From Takakia lepidozioides (taxonomy: Eukaryota; Plantae; Bryophyta), in NCBI GenBank assembly GCA_030704615.1, contig CM060734.1:2232001-2296000 (forward strand): 64,000 bases of DNA, written 5' to 3'. The notes beneath the pieces are model-generated. The model was given only the letters and a program-made list of their open reading frames with translations, was not told the origin of the DNA and did no database searches. Below are positions 1 to 17,327 of this stretch, in pieces. Each line of letters opens with the position of its first letter. Position 1 is the stretch's first letter. The position numbers and the translations under genes are program-made.

Positions 1-97
1 TACTTAAAACGTGTGTGGGTTTGGGTCTAACCTCTTTCTCTTTCTTTTTTTCCTGTTTGTTGTTCTGAAGTTCTTTGTCCCGTGGTAATTTTTTTAG

Positions 98-4113
<4,016 letters not shown>

Positions 4114-4887
4114 TAAGCAGAATGGTAGATGCAGTTTTTTCTTGAACTTAGTGAACCTCATTTAACCAGGGCCAAGCTAACATGGTTTAGTTAACTGCAA
4201 TGTAAAGAAATTCATGTGAGCATCGAAGTGTGTCTAATTTACAAAAAGTGTCGGAAAAAGAGACGAAAGGAGGTGGATACCAGTGATTGAAACAAATTCA
4301 AGGTTAACAAGCGCTGCAAATGCTTCCGCATGAGCAAAAAGTCCATACGGCTTGCCTCCACTGGTCGTTTCACCGTCAAGTGCTTCAACACCTTCAAATT
4401 CAACATTGCCGATCAGATATCTAGACTCTACTACACCAAGCAACCCCTGCACTCAAAAGATTTCCAGGAGGATGTGACCGCTTGCATGCAGATGATAGAT
4501 AGACTTTTGGGTATTAAAAGCCTTGGAATTCACAATGAATTTGATGAACCAAAACATGGCACTGGTGCAAGGGACTCAATACACTCTAGAGGTGTGTTGA
4601 CACCTTTGGGATTAGAAAATCACGCATCTTGGTCTTTGTGTCGCGGAGCATCATTTGCTCGCACATCCCCAAACCATCCATTCCACACACCTGCCGCGCA
4701 TATGATGCAAGTGCGCGGATTTGACATACATAGCTCGGAAATTGGGGCCTTAACGAAACGAACGACGAGAGAAAGAGAGCCTATTCTCGCCTCTAATGAA
4801 AACCAGTTTCGACTTTGTCGTCACTGGAATCACTCACTCCATTTTCCCAGGTTGTCTTTTAAGAAAACGATGGCTACCCACCCCACA

Positions 4888-4963
4888 GCACCTTCTGGAT
4901 TCGAACCCATCACCACCTGCTGTGTGGCCGTATACCTGTAACCCTAACCAGGGCTAAGAAAAG
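4888..4963 (-). pseudogene. tRNA-like relic or tRNA-derived SINE head
   Basis: Minus strand has an A-box-like TAGCCCTGGTTAGG and a perfect B-box/T-loop GGTTCGAATCC (4897-4907). The anticodon arm does not pair, so it is not an intact tRNA. Confidence 0.35.
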
Positions 4964-6999
4964 ACAAGATACTTAAATGCCGCAGTGTCGCCGCCACCTG
5001 CGCGTCATGCATGTACACACATACATACATGCTCCCATGCCCCGCATGCCTGCAGATATGGCAAACCATGGCGCATGCATGCTGCCCTGTGGCTATGTGG
5101 GCGCCAGCGCTGGCTATACCATCCATCCACCCTTCCGTGAAAGGGACAGGACAAGCGGCGTGTGTAAAAGACAGAGAATAGCCCGGAAAGAAACGGCAGA
5201 GCCGCGACCGGCTCTGTCCGAGCAGTCACCCCGCCGTACGCGCACATCTGCACGTGTACATCAGAGATACAGTAACGTGATTATTGAGCCCGCGTAAGAA
5301 AGTAACTAAGTTATGGGGGGGGGGGCAGGCTGGCGCTGCAAGTGGGCACGTGGATGGCCGTACGTCTCCCCGTGGCGCCATCTTTTGGATGCATGCATCT
5401 GCCCGCATTTGATGGTTATGATTATGGCATGGGCATGAGCATGGGCATGGGCGTACGTAGATTATTAAATAGAAGATATTATTGGGGTTAATAAGTGTTA
5501 AGTATCCGGGTTAGGCTAACTTCGTGGACAAGCATAGCGTAGCGAGGCTGCGCTTTTGGGCGGGGAAGACGGAGGAAGAAGTGGGGGTGGGGTGGGGAGG
5601 GGGAGGGGGGCGGCCTCGGCAGTATGTCCCAGACACTATCAGGGATAGGGTAGAAGACCCTATCATGGCCACGGACCCCATATTTGCCATACCAAAGTAC
5701 CCTATCTAGACCATTTTTGGGCCCATTATGGATCAACGAATAGACCCGATCAACGAATAGACCCTATCACAGTCACAAGTACACCCATAAAAGCCACCCT
5801 CATAACCCCTATCAAGGTTACCATGATGCTGCAACTTGTGTCTATAAAATTAACGCCAATTAAGCACTACATGATATATTAGCAGACCAATTCTGACCAA
5901 GACATGCAAATCTTGGCTTAACTAATGGTTTGCCTCTAATAAAGATAAGATCTTCTAGGACTAGGACAGCCACCATACATTAATTAAACCTGAAAGATAC
6001 AAAGGAATCCATTTGAGATGATACAAAGGAATCCATTTGAGATGGCCACCATGTATAAATGCAACCTAAAATTTGAAATTCTATAGTTGCCTCCTCCACG
6101 AGCTTGAAACATTGCCACTCAATTGGTGGTCCCTTCGTCTCTTTGGGTAGGCTGAGTAGTTCTCATATCTTCTTCATTCCCTCCCTTATCTCTCTCTTCC
6201 TTGAGACACCAACCTAACTTGTCTTTTGTTTCTAGAGGAATTCAGTCTTGGCCTAGTTTTCTGGCATTGATAAGCTGTTCTTTAATCTTGCTTATGGTAA
6301 TTTCTATATTGGAAGAGTTCCATGTTTGTAGAATATTATGAATGCTTCACATTCTAGCAATGATTTAGATCTCATTATCAAGATTGTAGTAGCAAATCTA
6401 GCATCTAAGTTCCATGAAAAATGGGAGAGTGTGGAGTATACAAATGACATGCCACATGGTATTTCTAGTGAGGGTATAAGCAAACCACTCCATGCAGATT
6501 TTTTTTTACATTCTACAAGTTGAGTATTTTGACTAAAGAGTCTCAAAGGTACTGCTATTATAATCACAATGAGCTGGCAAAAGTTAGTTGTATCAGAGTC
6601 TCCTACCGAGCTCTTGGCTTGAGGCAAATAAAAAAGATCCTACAAAAAAAAGGTAAACTGAACAATTAATCAATCCATTACTCTACTTTAGTACTTAATT
6701 CTTATTTTTCTGTAGGTAGATCTCTTCAGCCATCATGGCTCTCCGCAGGTCACATAGGCATAGAGTCCAAGCATCACAAGATAACCAACTTCCTTCATAT
6801 CTTCATGTGCAGGTTTCATGTCCCAAGAGAAAAAGATCTAGAAATGGAGGACTTGGTTGATTTTTGAATTTTAAAATTGGTGACACATCTACATTGCCTA
6901 ATCTAGCCATGTGTGAAATGTTTTTTTCGAAAAAACATCATTTACCTCTATAATCACACCTTGAAAGTGTTAACTTGGCAGTGATAGGGTCTTCTACCC

Positions 7000-9034
7000 T
7001 AGTGCGGGGGAGGCCCGGGCTACAACTGCCCGGGCTGCCACGTCCTCTGCGCCACCTGAGCGCCCAGTCCTAGCGCTCTCACCGTTGACTCCTCGCTCCT
7101 CAGCGCCAAGCGGGCGCGTGGGCCCGGCTGCCCCCAAGCTTTCCGCTCCCACGCTTAGGCCCACGCCTTGCCACGTGAGGCCCTCTCTATCTGCCACGTC
7201 GGGAGGCCCCACCCCCCTGCACGAGAGGCTCTCCTATGAACTCTCCCATACCCTGGCTAAAAGGAGTATGGCTAAACCAGATTGAGCCAAACTTTTTTAG
7301 ACAGGGCATGGAAAGGTATAGGAAATACACTGACTCCTAGGAGGGTATGGAAGTGTTGATGATGGTTGGGTTGAAGTATGGTGACATACATTATTTAAAA
7401 AAATAGTGATAAAATATATTTAAAATAAAATATGGATGGATTGCATTACGTTCTTCCATTTCAAAATATCGTCATACATTGTATTGGGATGAACTTAATA
7501 TATATGTACCTTTGTATTGTTTTCAAATAATCTCTAACTTAGTGATATTGAGGAGACATTGTGTCCTATGAGGAAACATTGTGTAACATATGTATCCTTG
7601 CGAAGGTAAGTCGGCAGATGAACTTACGAATGTGTGCCATACTCTCTATGTGTGCCGATGTGTGAATTGAAGATACAATTGATCATATGTATCAATGTAT
7701 GAATCGTAGTTGTAATAAATTAATTATAGGATATACAAATTTATATTAGTATATACATCGTCATAGCTTCATTGACGAATATTTATATGCATAATGTACA
7801 AGTAATATGTCTACGAATGTCGTTTAAGTGGGTTAGTATTGGTGTAGATATCCAAATTTCATCTCACATACTTATAAAAATCAATGATATATTTTGGTAT
7901 ATCTAATTACACATAGTGGGTTTAGAAGTGTCCTGTAAGTGTCACTTAGTGTCATATAGGTCCCCATATTTCAACATCTCAAATCTTAATCCATACACGT
8001 ATGCAAATATATGTAAAAATATGAGTGGGGATTGTAATTTAAGTAGGCAAGTGTTGTATCGCATGATGATATTTCATACACATTGACAAAAGTATATAGC
8101 ACATTGTCAAGCATTGAGCCATGTACATTTAAGACATTGTGCAAAAATTGTCTTAGAAGTGTCATTTAAGTAGGCTAGTATTACACAACATGTTGATATT
8201 TCATACATAATGTCACAAGTGTACAACACATTTGCACACATTCAGCCATACACATATGTGGAAGTAGGCAAAATTTGCTTTAAGAATGTCATCTAAGTGT
8301 GGTTAATGTTGCATTGGATCTCAAAATTGCATACATATATCAAAAAGTATATGACATAGTCTAGTGGGTGTTAAGCGTACATCTATAAGTTCATAATGGA
8401 TACATATTTGTATAAGTGTATATCTTATGTTGAATATATATTGTTGTAACAATATGCAAGAATACATATTGTGTTTCCTCATAGGACACAATGTCTCCTC
8501 AATATCACTAAGTTAGGGATTATTTGAAAACAATACAAAAGTACATATATATTAAGTTCATCCCAATACAATGTATGAACAATATTTTGAAATGGAAGAA
8601 CGTAATGCAATCCATCCATATTTTATTTTAAATATATTTTATCACTATTTTTTTAAATAATGTATGTCACCATGCTTCAACCCAACCATCATCAACACTT
8701 CCATACCCTCCTAGGAGTTAGTGTATTTCCTATACTTTTCCATGCCCTGTCTAAAAAGGTTTGGCTCAATCTGGTTTAGCCATACCTTTTAGCCAGGGTA
8801 TGGGAGAGTTCATAGGAGAGCCCCTCGTGCAGGGGGGTGGGGCCTCGCGACGTGGCAGGTAGAGAGGGCCTCACGTGGCAAGGCGTGGGCCTAAGCGTGG
8901 GAGCGGAAGGCTTTGGGCAGCCGGGCCCCACGCGCCCGCTTGGCGCTAAGGATCGAGGAGTCAACGGCGAGAGCGCTAGAACTGGGCGCTCAGGTGGCGC
9001 GGAGGACGTGGCAGCCCGGGCATCCCCGGCACTG
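7000..9034. mobile_element. Non-autonomous foldback DNA element with ~550-bp inverted arms (7027-7578 / 8472-9022) and an AT-rich spacer
   Basis: The arms are near-perfect reverse complements. Weaker symmetry extends to TAGTGCGGGG (7000) and CCCCGGCACTG (9034), resembling hAT-type YAGTG ends. No coding capacity and no TSD found. Confidence 0.85.
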
Positions 9035-9991
9035 TCGATCTGGGACATAGTGCCGAGGGGGGGGCCGGCAGTGCGGGATGGGCCGGATGCCTGCATGTGT
9101 GTGTGTCCTGCATCAATCAACGCTGCGCTGATTCTTTCGTAATTGTGGTGGCCCTAGGGTGTAGTCCTTGAGCGCGAGCATCTCAATGTGCTACTATCTC
9201 GCATTCTTCCTCTGTTACTTGTCCTCTGCTTTCTTTCAGTCTCTCTGCGCAATAGTTGCTTGAAATCTGTGAAGCTTATTATAACTCTGTTAGCTCGTTA
9301 GCTGACCACCGTTGGAGCTTTTGTTGGCCTGAGATCGGGGAGTGTTTAGGCCTTGGAGTAGGAGGTGGCGGTGTTCGAGGTACCGGGTGCTGAGAGAGGA
9401 GAAGTTTTCATGTGGAGAACGAAACTCGATAGAAGCAGGTAGGTTCGAAGGATTGAAGATTGAGGACGAAGGGCACGATGAGGAAGGTCGAAAGAGCTTT
9501 CATGCCGTCCAGTAAAGGAGCGGGCTGAGCGGATTGTTTTCTCAAATAGACACAAGTTTCTACGGGCGAGGTTCCGAATTGCTTCTTTGAGGCTCTACTT
9601 TGTTCTCCAGCCTTACTCAAAGGAGAACTGTTTCGTTTGATGCTGGTTGAGAGGGATACAGTGCTCCTACCCCAGGAAGATGATGTGCATTCGGTCTCCG
9701 CCAAATTCTCTAGCCTAGCTCGTACTTTGCTTTTGCAGCAGATCTTTGAGTGGGACGCTGGCGCTATCAGCTAACAGCACATGTTATGGAATGCAAGGTG
9801 AGCGGCGGCAGACGGGCTATGGTCAACTATTCCTTTATCTCACCTCCGTTGGTGGAATGAAGTTTTTGAGAACCTTACGGCTTTTTTATGCTTCCTTTGT
9901 GTAAGGGCTGTCGGTTCTGCCGAGCGACTAGAATAGTTGGTCCGCATTGGCAGTTCCTTCTCTCATAGGGGCCATGATCTCTAGATGCTAG

Positions 9992-10282
9992 GTGCTGGGA
10001 ACGCCCCAGCTGCCACTGGGTTGGGTCTTGGGCCGAAACTTACCAGCGCCACAGGTGAAGGAGATAGGATCAATCAAGGATCCGTTCATGTTCCGTTTTA
10101 CGTGTCTGACAGTGACACTATTCGTCCTCGCTCTACTGCTCTTGGGGCTTCCAATTGTTTTGCCACCTTTACCGCCTCCGCCACCCTTTGTCATGCTGGT
10201 ACCTGTCGTCATCTTCATAATGTTAATGGTGATCGCGTCCGTGCCATCTGGATTCAATGGTATTGTGGTTGCCTACATGTGA
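9992..10282 (+). CDS. ARGOS/ARL/OSR-like small membrane protein. Start uncertain: ATG 10088 (64 aa), or a spliced MECK exon 9786-9797 joined at 9992
   Basis: Hydrophobic helix, LLGLPIVLPPLPPPPPFVMLVPV, second hydrophobic helix: the ARGOS/OSR TM1-proline-rich-TM2 signature. 9989-9991 is TAG, either a stop or an AG acceptor. GTGAG at 9798 is a phase-compatible donor. Confidence 0.75.
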   Translation: MLGTPQLPLGWVLGRNLPAPQVKEIGSIKDPFMFRFTCLTVTLFVLALLLLGLPIVLPPLPPPPPFVMLVPVVIFIMLMVIASVPSGFNGIVVAYM

Positions 10283-10759
10283 ATTCAGGTAAGCTCTCTG
10301 CCGTCTCTACGGTCTCCTTCTTTTAGTGATGAAGGATGCATGGTCAGTAAAGGGCACCGCTTAACCTGAACAACTGAGCATCTCGTAGATCGGGTCGGGT
10401 CTACATGGAAAGGGGCTCTTACAGGAGCGTATTCTTGAATGTTTGCACCTACACAAAGTTTATTGAATTCCACCAATTTATGCTGTTAGCTCATACGTTT
10501 TGAATGTCCTAGAGCGTGGTTTTTCTTACATGTATCAAGTTCTCAAACTGTCCAAGATCATCATCTGAAAGCATACTGTTACTTCCTCGCAAGCGGTAAT
10601 TTGGTTAATATCAGGGTGAGTGTCCTCAGTCAAGTAGATACTTTAAATTCGTATGTACTTTCGGTGAGCTTGGAAATAGTGGTAATGCGCTTTTTGAGTT
10701 CTTCTTCACTGTAGACAGATGATTCTGTCTACGTGACTGATAGCCTTGACGATAAGAGG

Positions 10760-11820
10760 GTTTTTTTTTTTTTTTTTTTTTTTTTTTTGGGTCTACACAT
10801 GTGTTGCTGACATATTCAAGCATATGTGGACAAAAGTTGAGCTTGAACCACATATGTGATTTTGATTTGATGATTTCATGAATTGATGATTTGATATGAT
10901 TGGATGATTCGATGTTTGATTTGATGTTGATTTTGAAATAAGGCCAAAGCTTTATACAAAGCGAAATCATCAGATGTTGTGCTTCTCTCTACCATCCCAC
11001 CTGAGCATGTGCACATCGGTCGGTCGCTCGTACTTTTTTTGTATTTTAGAAAATGCCAGCGACCATCATCGGTGAATGTCGCTCCTTTAAAATATATATA
11101 TAAAATAAAATGACCGCCTAACTAGCGACCACTTCATAGTTTTATAAAAAGAAAATAAAGTGACCGCACAATTGACAGTCGTTTTTTATTTTAAAAATAT
11201 TAAGCGATCGCCATACTGGCGGTCACTTGTATTATTAATTTCATACATATAAAGCCATATTGGCGGTCGATTTGTTTCTCATTTTAAAAATTTGAAGCGA
11301 CCATCATATTGACGGATATATTTTATATTTTTAAAAATATGAAGTCAAGATTGGAGGGCTCATTGTCAGAATCAGATAGGGCGATTCAAAACACATCTAC
11401 ATCATAACATATGATTAGCAAAAATCCGCAATCATAGATATTCTAAATCCAAATTTTTACTTAAAATTCATTTAAATTCGATTTAATTCAAAATTGGTTC
11501 GAGGGTGAGTGCGTTGTTGAGACGTTTTTTTTTTTTTTTTTTTTTTTTAGGTTGATTTTTTGTACATGTGTTGCACACAATATTCAAGCACATGCAAGCA
11601 AAAGATGAGCTTGAACCACATCTGTGATTTTTGATTTGATGATTTCATGAATTGATGAATTGATGAATTGTTGATTTGATGATCAGGGATTTGATTTGAA
11701 GTTGATTAAATAAGGCCAAAGTTTTATACAGAGCGAAATCATCGGATGTTGTGTTTCTCTCTACCATCCTACCCGAGCATGTGCGCGTCGGTCGGTCGGC
11801 CAAAGCTGGTTGTGACCGTC
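10760..11820. repeat. CACTA-related non-coding fragments: two copies of a ~240-bp unit plus subterminal-like GCGACC/GACCGC repeats
   Basis: 10790-11027 matches 11563-11817, with a further partial copy at 19766-19848. 11420-11625 is the reverse complement of 38975-39195 in the CACTA leader. 11017-11110 matches 20729-20820. Confidence 0.6.
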
Positions 11821-12027
11821 GATGCAGACCGATGCATGAATTCTGCTCTCCTAGAGGTTGCAAAGATATAGGGGTCACGTTGCCCAGGCCTACAGTTTGC
11901 AGTGCCACATCAGTCTCTTGCTGCCCAACAGAGTTGGAAATAGGCTCCAAATTGAAAGTGGGCTTGCTGTACCCATTGAACTCCATGATGTCAAAGATGT
12001 CATCGACAGTTTGCGGAAGGCTTTCCT

Positions 12028-12757
12028 TGTCGGGGCCCTTTGCCTTGAGGGCAGGGGGTCAGGACACATGAGGGCTGCCCCTGTGTGGTGGGGCAGCCGG
12101 CACGATAGGTATGGGGGGGCTGCAGCACCCTTGAATGCCCAAGGCACTCAATGAGGCGGAGGCGCTCACTAGGTGGAGCCCCGCACACCGGGTTGCGGTG
12201 GGGGTGGCTCCACAAGGGGTGGTTGGTAGCTTAGCGGGACTTAGTGGAGGTGGCATAGGACTCACCGTGGGGGCGGAGACCTCGTGGTGGGAGTCGTGGG
12301 GAGTCTTGGGACTCATCACGGTCCATAGGGGTCGTGGTGAGTGGGCCAAGACTCACCGCGACTCATCACCGGGAGTCGAGGGTTTTCGTGGTGGTTTCGC
12401 CATAAAATGGCATGGCTGGTTGTGAACCCCCGCGGACAGCTACAGAAGTATATATAGGGAGTAGTAACCCCGAGAACGGTGCAAGCCCGTTGGTGACCAA
12501 AAACTAGTGAGTAAGCGAGCGAGCCGGAAAGCGACCAAAGAGTGGGGAGCTGTTCCGGACTGCCAACTACCAAAGGAATTCCCGCTGGTTCCAAATCGGT
12601 GGAGGGTTCTTTGGGAGAACAAAGGGGGGGACCGTTATGCCCCGGTGAAAAGCCGAAGCTCCAAGTTGGCCAGGCGGCCAGGTTGGGAGTCAGGCGTGCG
12701 CATCAAAGCAAGTAACTATGACTTGAGGGGGAGCTTACCGAAGTGAGGTGCGCGACA
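12028..12757 (+). repeat. 5' LTR of chromovirus
   Basis: TG...CA ends, highly similar to 18231-18956, followed by the PBS. Confidence 0.92.
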
Positions 12758-12812
12758 CTTGGTATCAGAGCCTAGAGTTCAGTACGCGATCGTCCTTGGG
12801 ATTGGCCTCATC

Positions 12813-15800
12813 ATGGGGTCGGGCAAGCCGAAGCGAAAGCGGAACGGCCTAAAAGATGATGATCCTGGTGAACCTGATGGGGGCGATGTGTCACGGAGGC
12901 GGCCGTTTGAGGAAGCGATGCATGTTTTCCGAAAACGAGCCGCTGAAGAGCGGGAGTAATCCGAGGAGTCGGAGCCCGAGGAATCCTTGAGAGCTCCGAC
13001 AAACCAAGAGATGTCTCCCATGCTGGCAGCCTTTTAGGAAGGGTTGTTGGCGCAGTTTGGCAGGACGTTGAAAGACGTGTTGAAGGCGGCTAATGCCACT
13101 TCCGCTAAGGCAAAGTTTAAGGTGAAGCCTAAGGAACCCGACACCTCGAGGGCGTCCAAAATCGGAAGGCACTCAACACCTGGCTCCTGGAGCTAGAGCA
13201 GTACTTCCGGCGGCCAAGTTGAGTGACGAGGATCGGGTGGAAGTGGCTCCCACCTATTTGAGGGGCTATGCTCAACAATGGTGGCAGAAACGCCTTCACG
13301 ACCGAGGTCCAAGCCCGGAAACCTTGAACTGGAGTGGGTTCAACGAATTGATGAAGAGACAGTTTGTGCCCCTCAACGCGTCCTGGCTTGCCCGGGACAA
13401 GATGAGGAATTTGAAGCAAACCAGAAATGGTCGTCAAATTTGTGGCGGGACTGGCTCCATGGGCCAGGCGGAAGTGGAGAGAAAGAGGCCACCCAAATTT
13501 TGAACGAGGGACAGAGGAATTGAGAGGGCTGAATGTTTCTCGGATGTCCCTAGGGGGGTGAGAGACAAGGCAAGTACAGAGCTGAATACAAGAAGACCCG
13601 GCGGGAAGGTGACTCTTCTTTCCGACCGGAAAAGAAGTGGGATAGGCCACGCCGGCGACAATGGCACGTGGAAATCGAAGGGAGGGGGAGGGCATTCACA
13701 CGTAAAGCGCGGCGGAACCCAGTGCTTCGAAAGGAAAGCGGGTGGAGCGGGTGGAGCGGCTTATGGCGGGACAGAAGGCGACCTTTGATGGAGTGTGTTT
13801 CAATTACGGAGAGCCCGGGCACATGGCCAGAAGTGCACGAAACCTCGACAATTGAACATGACTTGGGCAACCACGGAGCTGTCGGAAGATACCATCAGTC
13901 GCTTGGTGGAAGCGGTGGTCGCCAGGACTTGCAAGGTAGGCAACTATTCTTGTGAGTTGTATCAGGAAACTGGCGCCCTGCGTAAAGGGAGTCAGTTATT
14001 GTTCGTGGATGGGATAATATCCGGAACTAACGTGTCGTTGTTGGTGGACACAGGAGCGTCGCACTCCTTCATGACGCCGGCGGCGGCGCGAAAGTTGGGA
14101 CTCCCGACAAGTGACGTGGGGGCCTCTATTGAGGTGCGTTCTGCCAAAGGAGAACCACAGTTGGCGACAAGGTTGGCGTTTGATGTTCCTCTTCAACTGG
14201 GGAGTTGGGAGGGACGTGAGAACTTCACCATCTGCGAGATCGATGGAGTGGATCTCATTTTGGGGATGACCTTTTTGAGCAAATCCGGAGCGGTCATAGA
14301 TGGCCGCAAGAGAGTAGTCACGCTGCCATGTGGGAATGGTGGCGAGGTCTTACGAGTGTCGGAAACGCCCAAATCCGTGGGAGGGCGAATAAACCTTCTT
14401 TCAGCAAGGGAGTGGGCCGTGGAGGAGGCACACGAGCCCCAATTTTTGCTTTACATTAGAGAAGTGAAGGGAGAAGGCGATGGGGAGCCGAGCCCAGATT
14501 GGATCAAGGGGATTTTGGAGAAATACCAAGATGTGATGCCGGAGGATTTACCAAGCGGTTTGCCACCGCGAAGAGGAGTTGACCACAAGATTGAGGTGAT
14601 ACCGGGATCGGAACCGCCTGCCAAGGCACCCTACCGGTTGAGCCACAGGGAGTTGGTCGAGCTGAAGACTCAGCTCAAGGATCTAATGTCAAAGGGGTAC
14701 ATCGGCCGAGTAAGTCACCTTACGGAGCCCCGGTGCTATTCGCAAACAAGAAGGATGGGACGCTGCGGATGTGTGTCGATTATAGGGCTTTGAATAAGGT
14801 GACTATTAAAAACCGGTACCCTTTGCCAAGGATCGACGACCTTTTCGACCGGTTGGCAGGAGCGAAGTATTTCAGCCGGATTGACTTGCGCTCCGGCTAT
14901 CATCAAATTCGGTGGCGGAAGGAGATGAGGAGAAGACCGCATGCAGGACAAGGTATGGTTCATATGAGTTCTTGGTGATGCCTTTTGGGCTCACCAATGC
15001 ACCTGCGACCTTTAGCACGCTGATGAACAGCCTTTTTTAGGAGTGGTTGGATGACTTTGTGATCTTGTACATCGACGACATCTTGGTGTACTCGAAAACA
15101 AAGGAGGAGCACCTGGAGCACCTCAAAAGGGTGTTCCAAAAGTTGCGGGAAGGGAAGCTGTACGCCAAAGTTTCAAAGTGCGAATTTGGGGTCACGAAAG
15201 TGGAGTTCCTGGGGCATGTGATTACACAGGATGGGATCAAAATGGATGACAGAAAGGTGAGGGTGATCTTGGACTGGGAGCCTCCGACTTCGGTCCCGGG
15301 AGTGCGATCCTTCATAGGACTCGCCTCCTATTACCGGAAGTATGTGAGAAATTTCGCCAAGATGCGGGGCCGCTGTCAGACCTTCTGTGTAAATCAAAGT
15401 CTGGGCATGGAACACCTTTTGTGGCCAAGCTTTTGCTGAATTGAAGCAGCGGTTGGCGGAAGCTCCAGTCTTGAAAATCCCGGAGTTCGATCGTCCGTTC
15501 GAGATACATACAGATGCCTCGGACTTCGCGATTGGGGGTGTACTGATGCAAGATGGATGTCCAGTGGCTTACGAAAGTAAGAAACTGAATGAAGTGGAGC
15601 AACGGTGGCCGACGCACGAGAAAGAGATGAAGGCGGTGGTGCACTGTCTTGAGCTTTGGCGCCACTATGTTGGTTCCAACCCAGTGAAGGTGTTCACGGA
15701 CAATGTCACGGTGAAGTATTTTGCCACGCAGCCCAAGTTGTCCCCAAAACAACTTAGGTGGCAAGATACTTTGGCGGTGTTCGACGTGGATATCCAGTAC

Positions 15801-17327
15801 AAACCGGGACGAGACAACGTGGTGGCCGATGCTTTAAGTAGAAAGCAGCAGCTCTTGTTGGTGTACAAGGGCGAGACGGCGCTCCAAAGGAAGATCCGGA
15901 AGGCTTGCCGGAAGGATGAGCTGGCGAAGTCCGTGATGCAGGACTTGAGGATGGGGGTTAAATCGCAGTTCCACTTGCAAAATGGACTGCTCCGGTATAA
16001 GCAAAAGCGTCTCTACGTGCCGAAGGGAGGGATCAGAGATAGCCTCTTGAGAGAATGCCATGATAGCCCGCTTGCGGGCCACGGCGGAGCCAAGCGCACT
16101 GTGGCACTCTTGAAGAAAGAGTATTTTTGGCCCAAATTGAGGGAGGAGGCAGAGGAGTATGTCAAGACATGCACCACATGCCAACAAAACCGGAGCGAGT
16201 ACAAAAAGCAAGCGGGGCTGTTACAACCCTTGCCGATCCCAGAGGGGACTTGGGAAAGCGTCTCGATGGATTTCATGAATGCCGCTGTCAAAAGGATTCG
16301 ATGCAATCATGGTGGTGGTGGATAGGTTCAGTAAAATGGGCCATTTCATCCCCACTAAGGAGACGGCAAAGGCGCAGGAGACAGGACGACTTTACTTCGC
16401 CCACGTCTTAAACCATCATGGAGTCCCGAAGGATATTGTCTCGGACCGCGATCCAAAGTTTACGAGTAAATTTTGGAGGGCACTTTGGAAGAAGATGGGG
16501 ACGAGGCTGAAGATGAGCACCGCCTTCTGACCTACGACCGACGGCAAACAGAAAGAGTGAATTCCGTAGTGAAGCAGATCTTGCGGAATTACGTGTCGGC
16601 AGACCAAACAGACTGGGTGGAACACTTAGACGCGGCAGAGTTCTGTTATAATAACACAGAACACTCCGCAACGGGAGTTTCCCCTTTCGTATTGGTCTAT
16701 GGAAAAGCACCTCTGGTGCCGACAAGTTGGGCCGCCCAGGACGTTGAGGAACCGGCAGTAGCGGCGATACTGGAAGAACGCGAGCGTTTGTTGAAGCTCG
16801 CAAAGTACAACATTGCCAAAGCTAGGAAACGGTATGAAAGGCAGGCGAATCGGAAGCGGAGGGAAGCGAAGTTTGAGGCAGGCACAGAGGTCTGGTTGAA
16901 CATCAAGAATTTTCGACTACCTCCGGAAGTGAGTCCGAAGTTCGTACCTCCGTATGCGGGCCCCTTTCGCATTCGGAAGGTTATGAATGAGGATGTGTAT
17001 GAATTGGAGCTGCCGGCAAACAGCAAGGTGCACCCAGTATTCCATGTCTCCCTTTTGAAGCCTTACTTCAAAGATGAAGCGCGTCCGAATCGGCATCAAG
17101 TGTTGCGTCCGCCACCTATGCTGTTGGATCATGAAAATGAACCTGAGTACGAGGTGGAGGCAATACTTAAGTCGAGGAGGTTCAAGAACCGAGAAACGGA
17201 GTATCTCGTCAAATGGAAGGGCTATCATCATGTGGAGGCATCTTGGGTGCGTGCCTCAGAAATGGAAAACGCATCCGAGGCGGTTGTAGCTTTCGAAGGG
17301 CGACCTCAAAAGCGGAAGAAGCGTTGA
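12813..17327 (+). pseudogene. gag-pol of chromovirus, with frameshifts and stops
   Basis: gag YLRGYAQQWW, protease [32 protein letters not shown], RNase H TDASDFAIGG, integrase zinc finger HDSPLAGHGG...CTTC, SDRDPKF, and a C-terminal chromodomain EYEVEAIL...EYLVKWKGY...SW. Confidence 0.93.

Noticed and set aside
4330-4941. 203-aa ORF downstream of CDC48
   Set aside because: No recognisable domain, and it runs into the tRNA-like relic. Probably a chance ORF.
4888-4963. Functional tRNA gene
   Set aside because: The anticodon and T stems do not pair properly. It is kept only as a low-confidence relic.
6100-6850. Transposase for the adjacent foldback element
   Set aside because: Coding-like but stop-riddled, with no identifiable catalytic motif.
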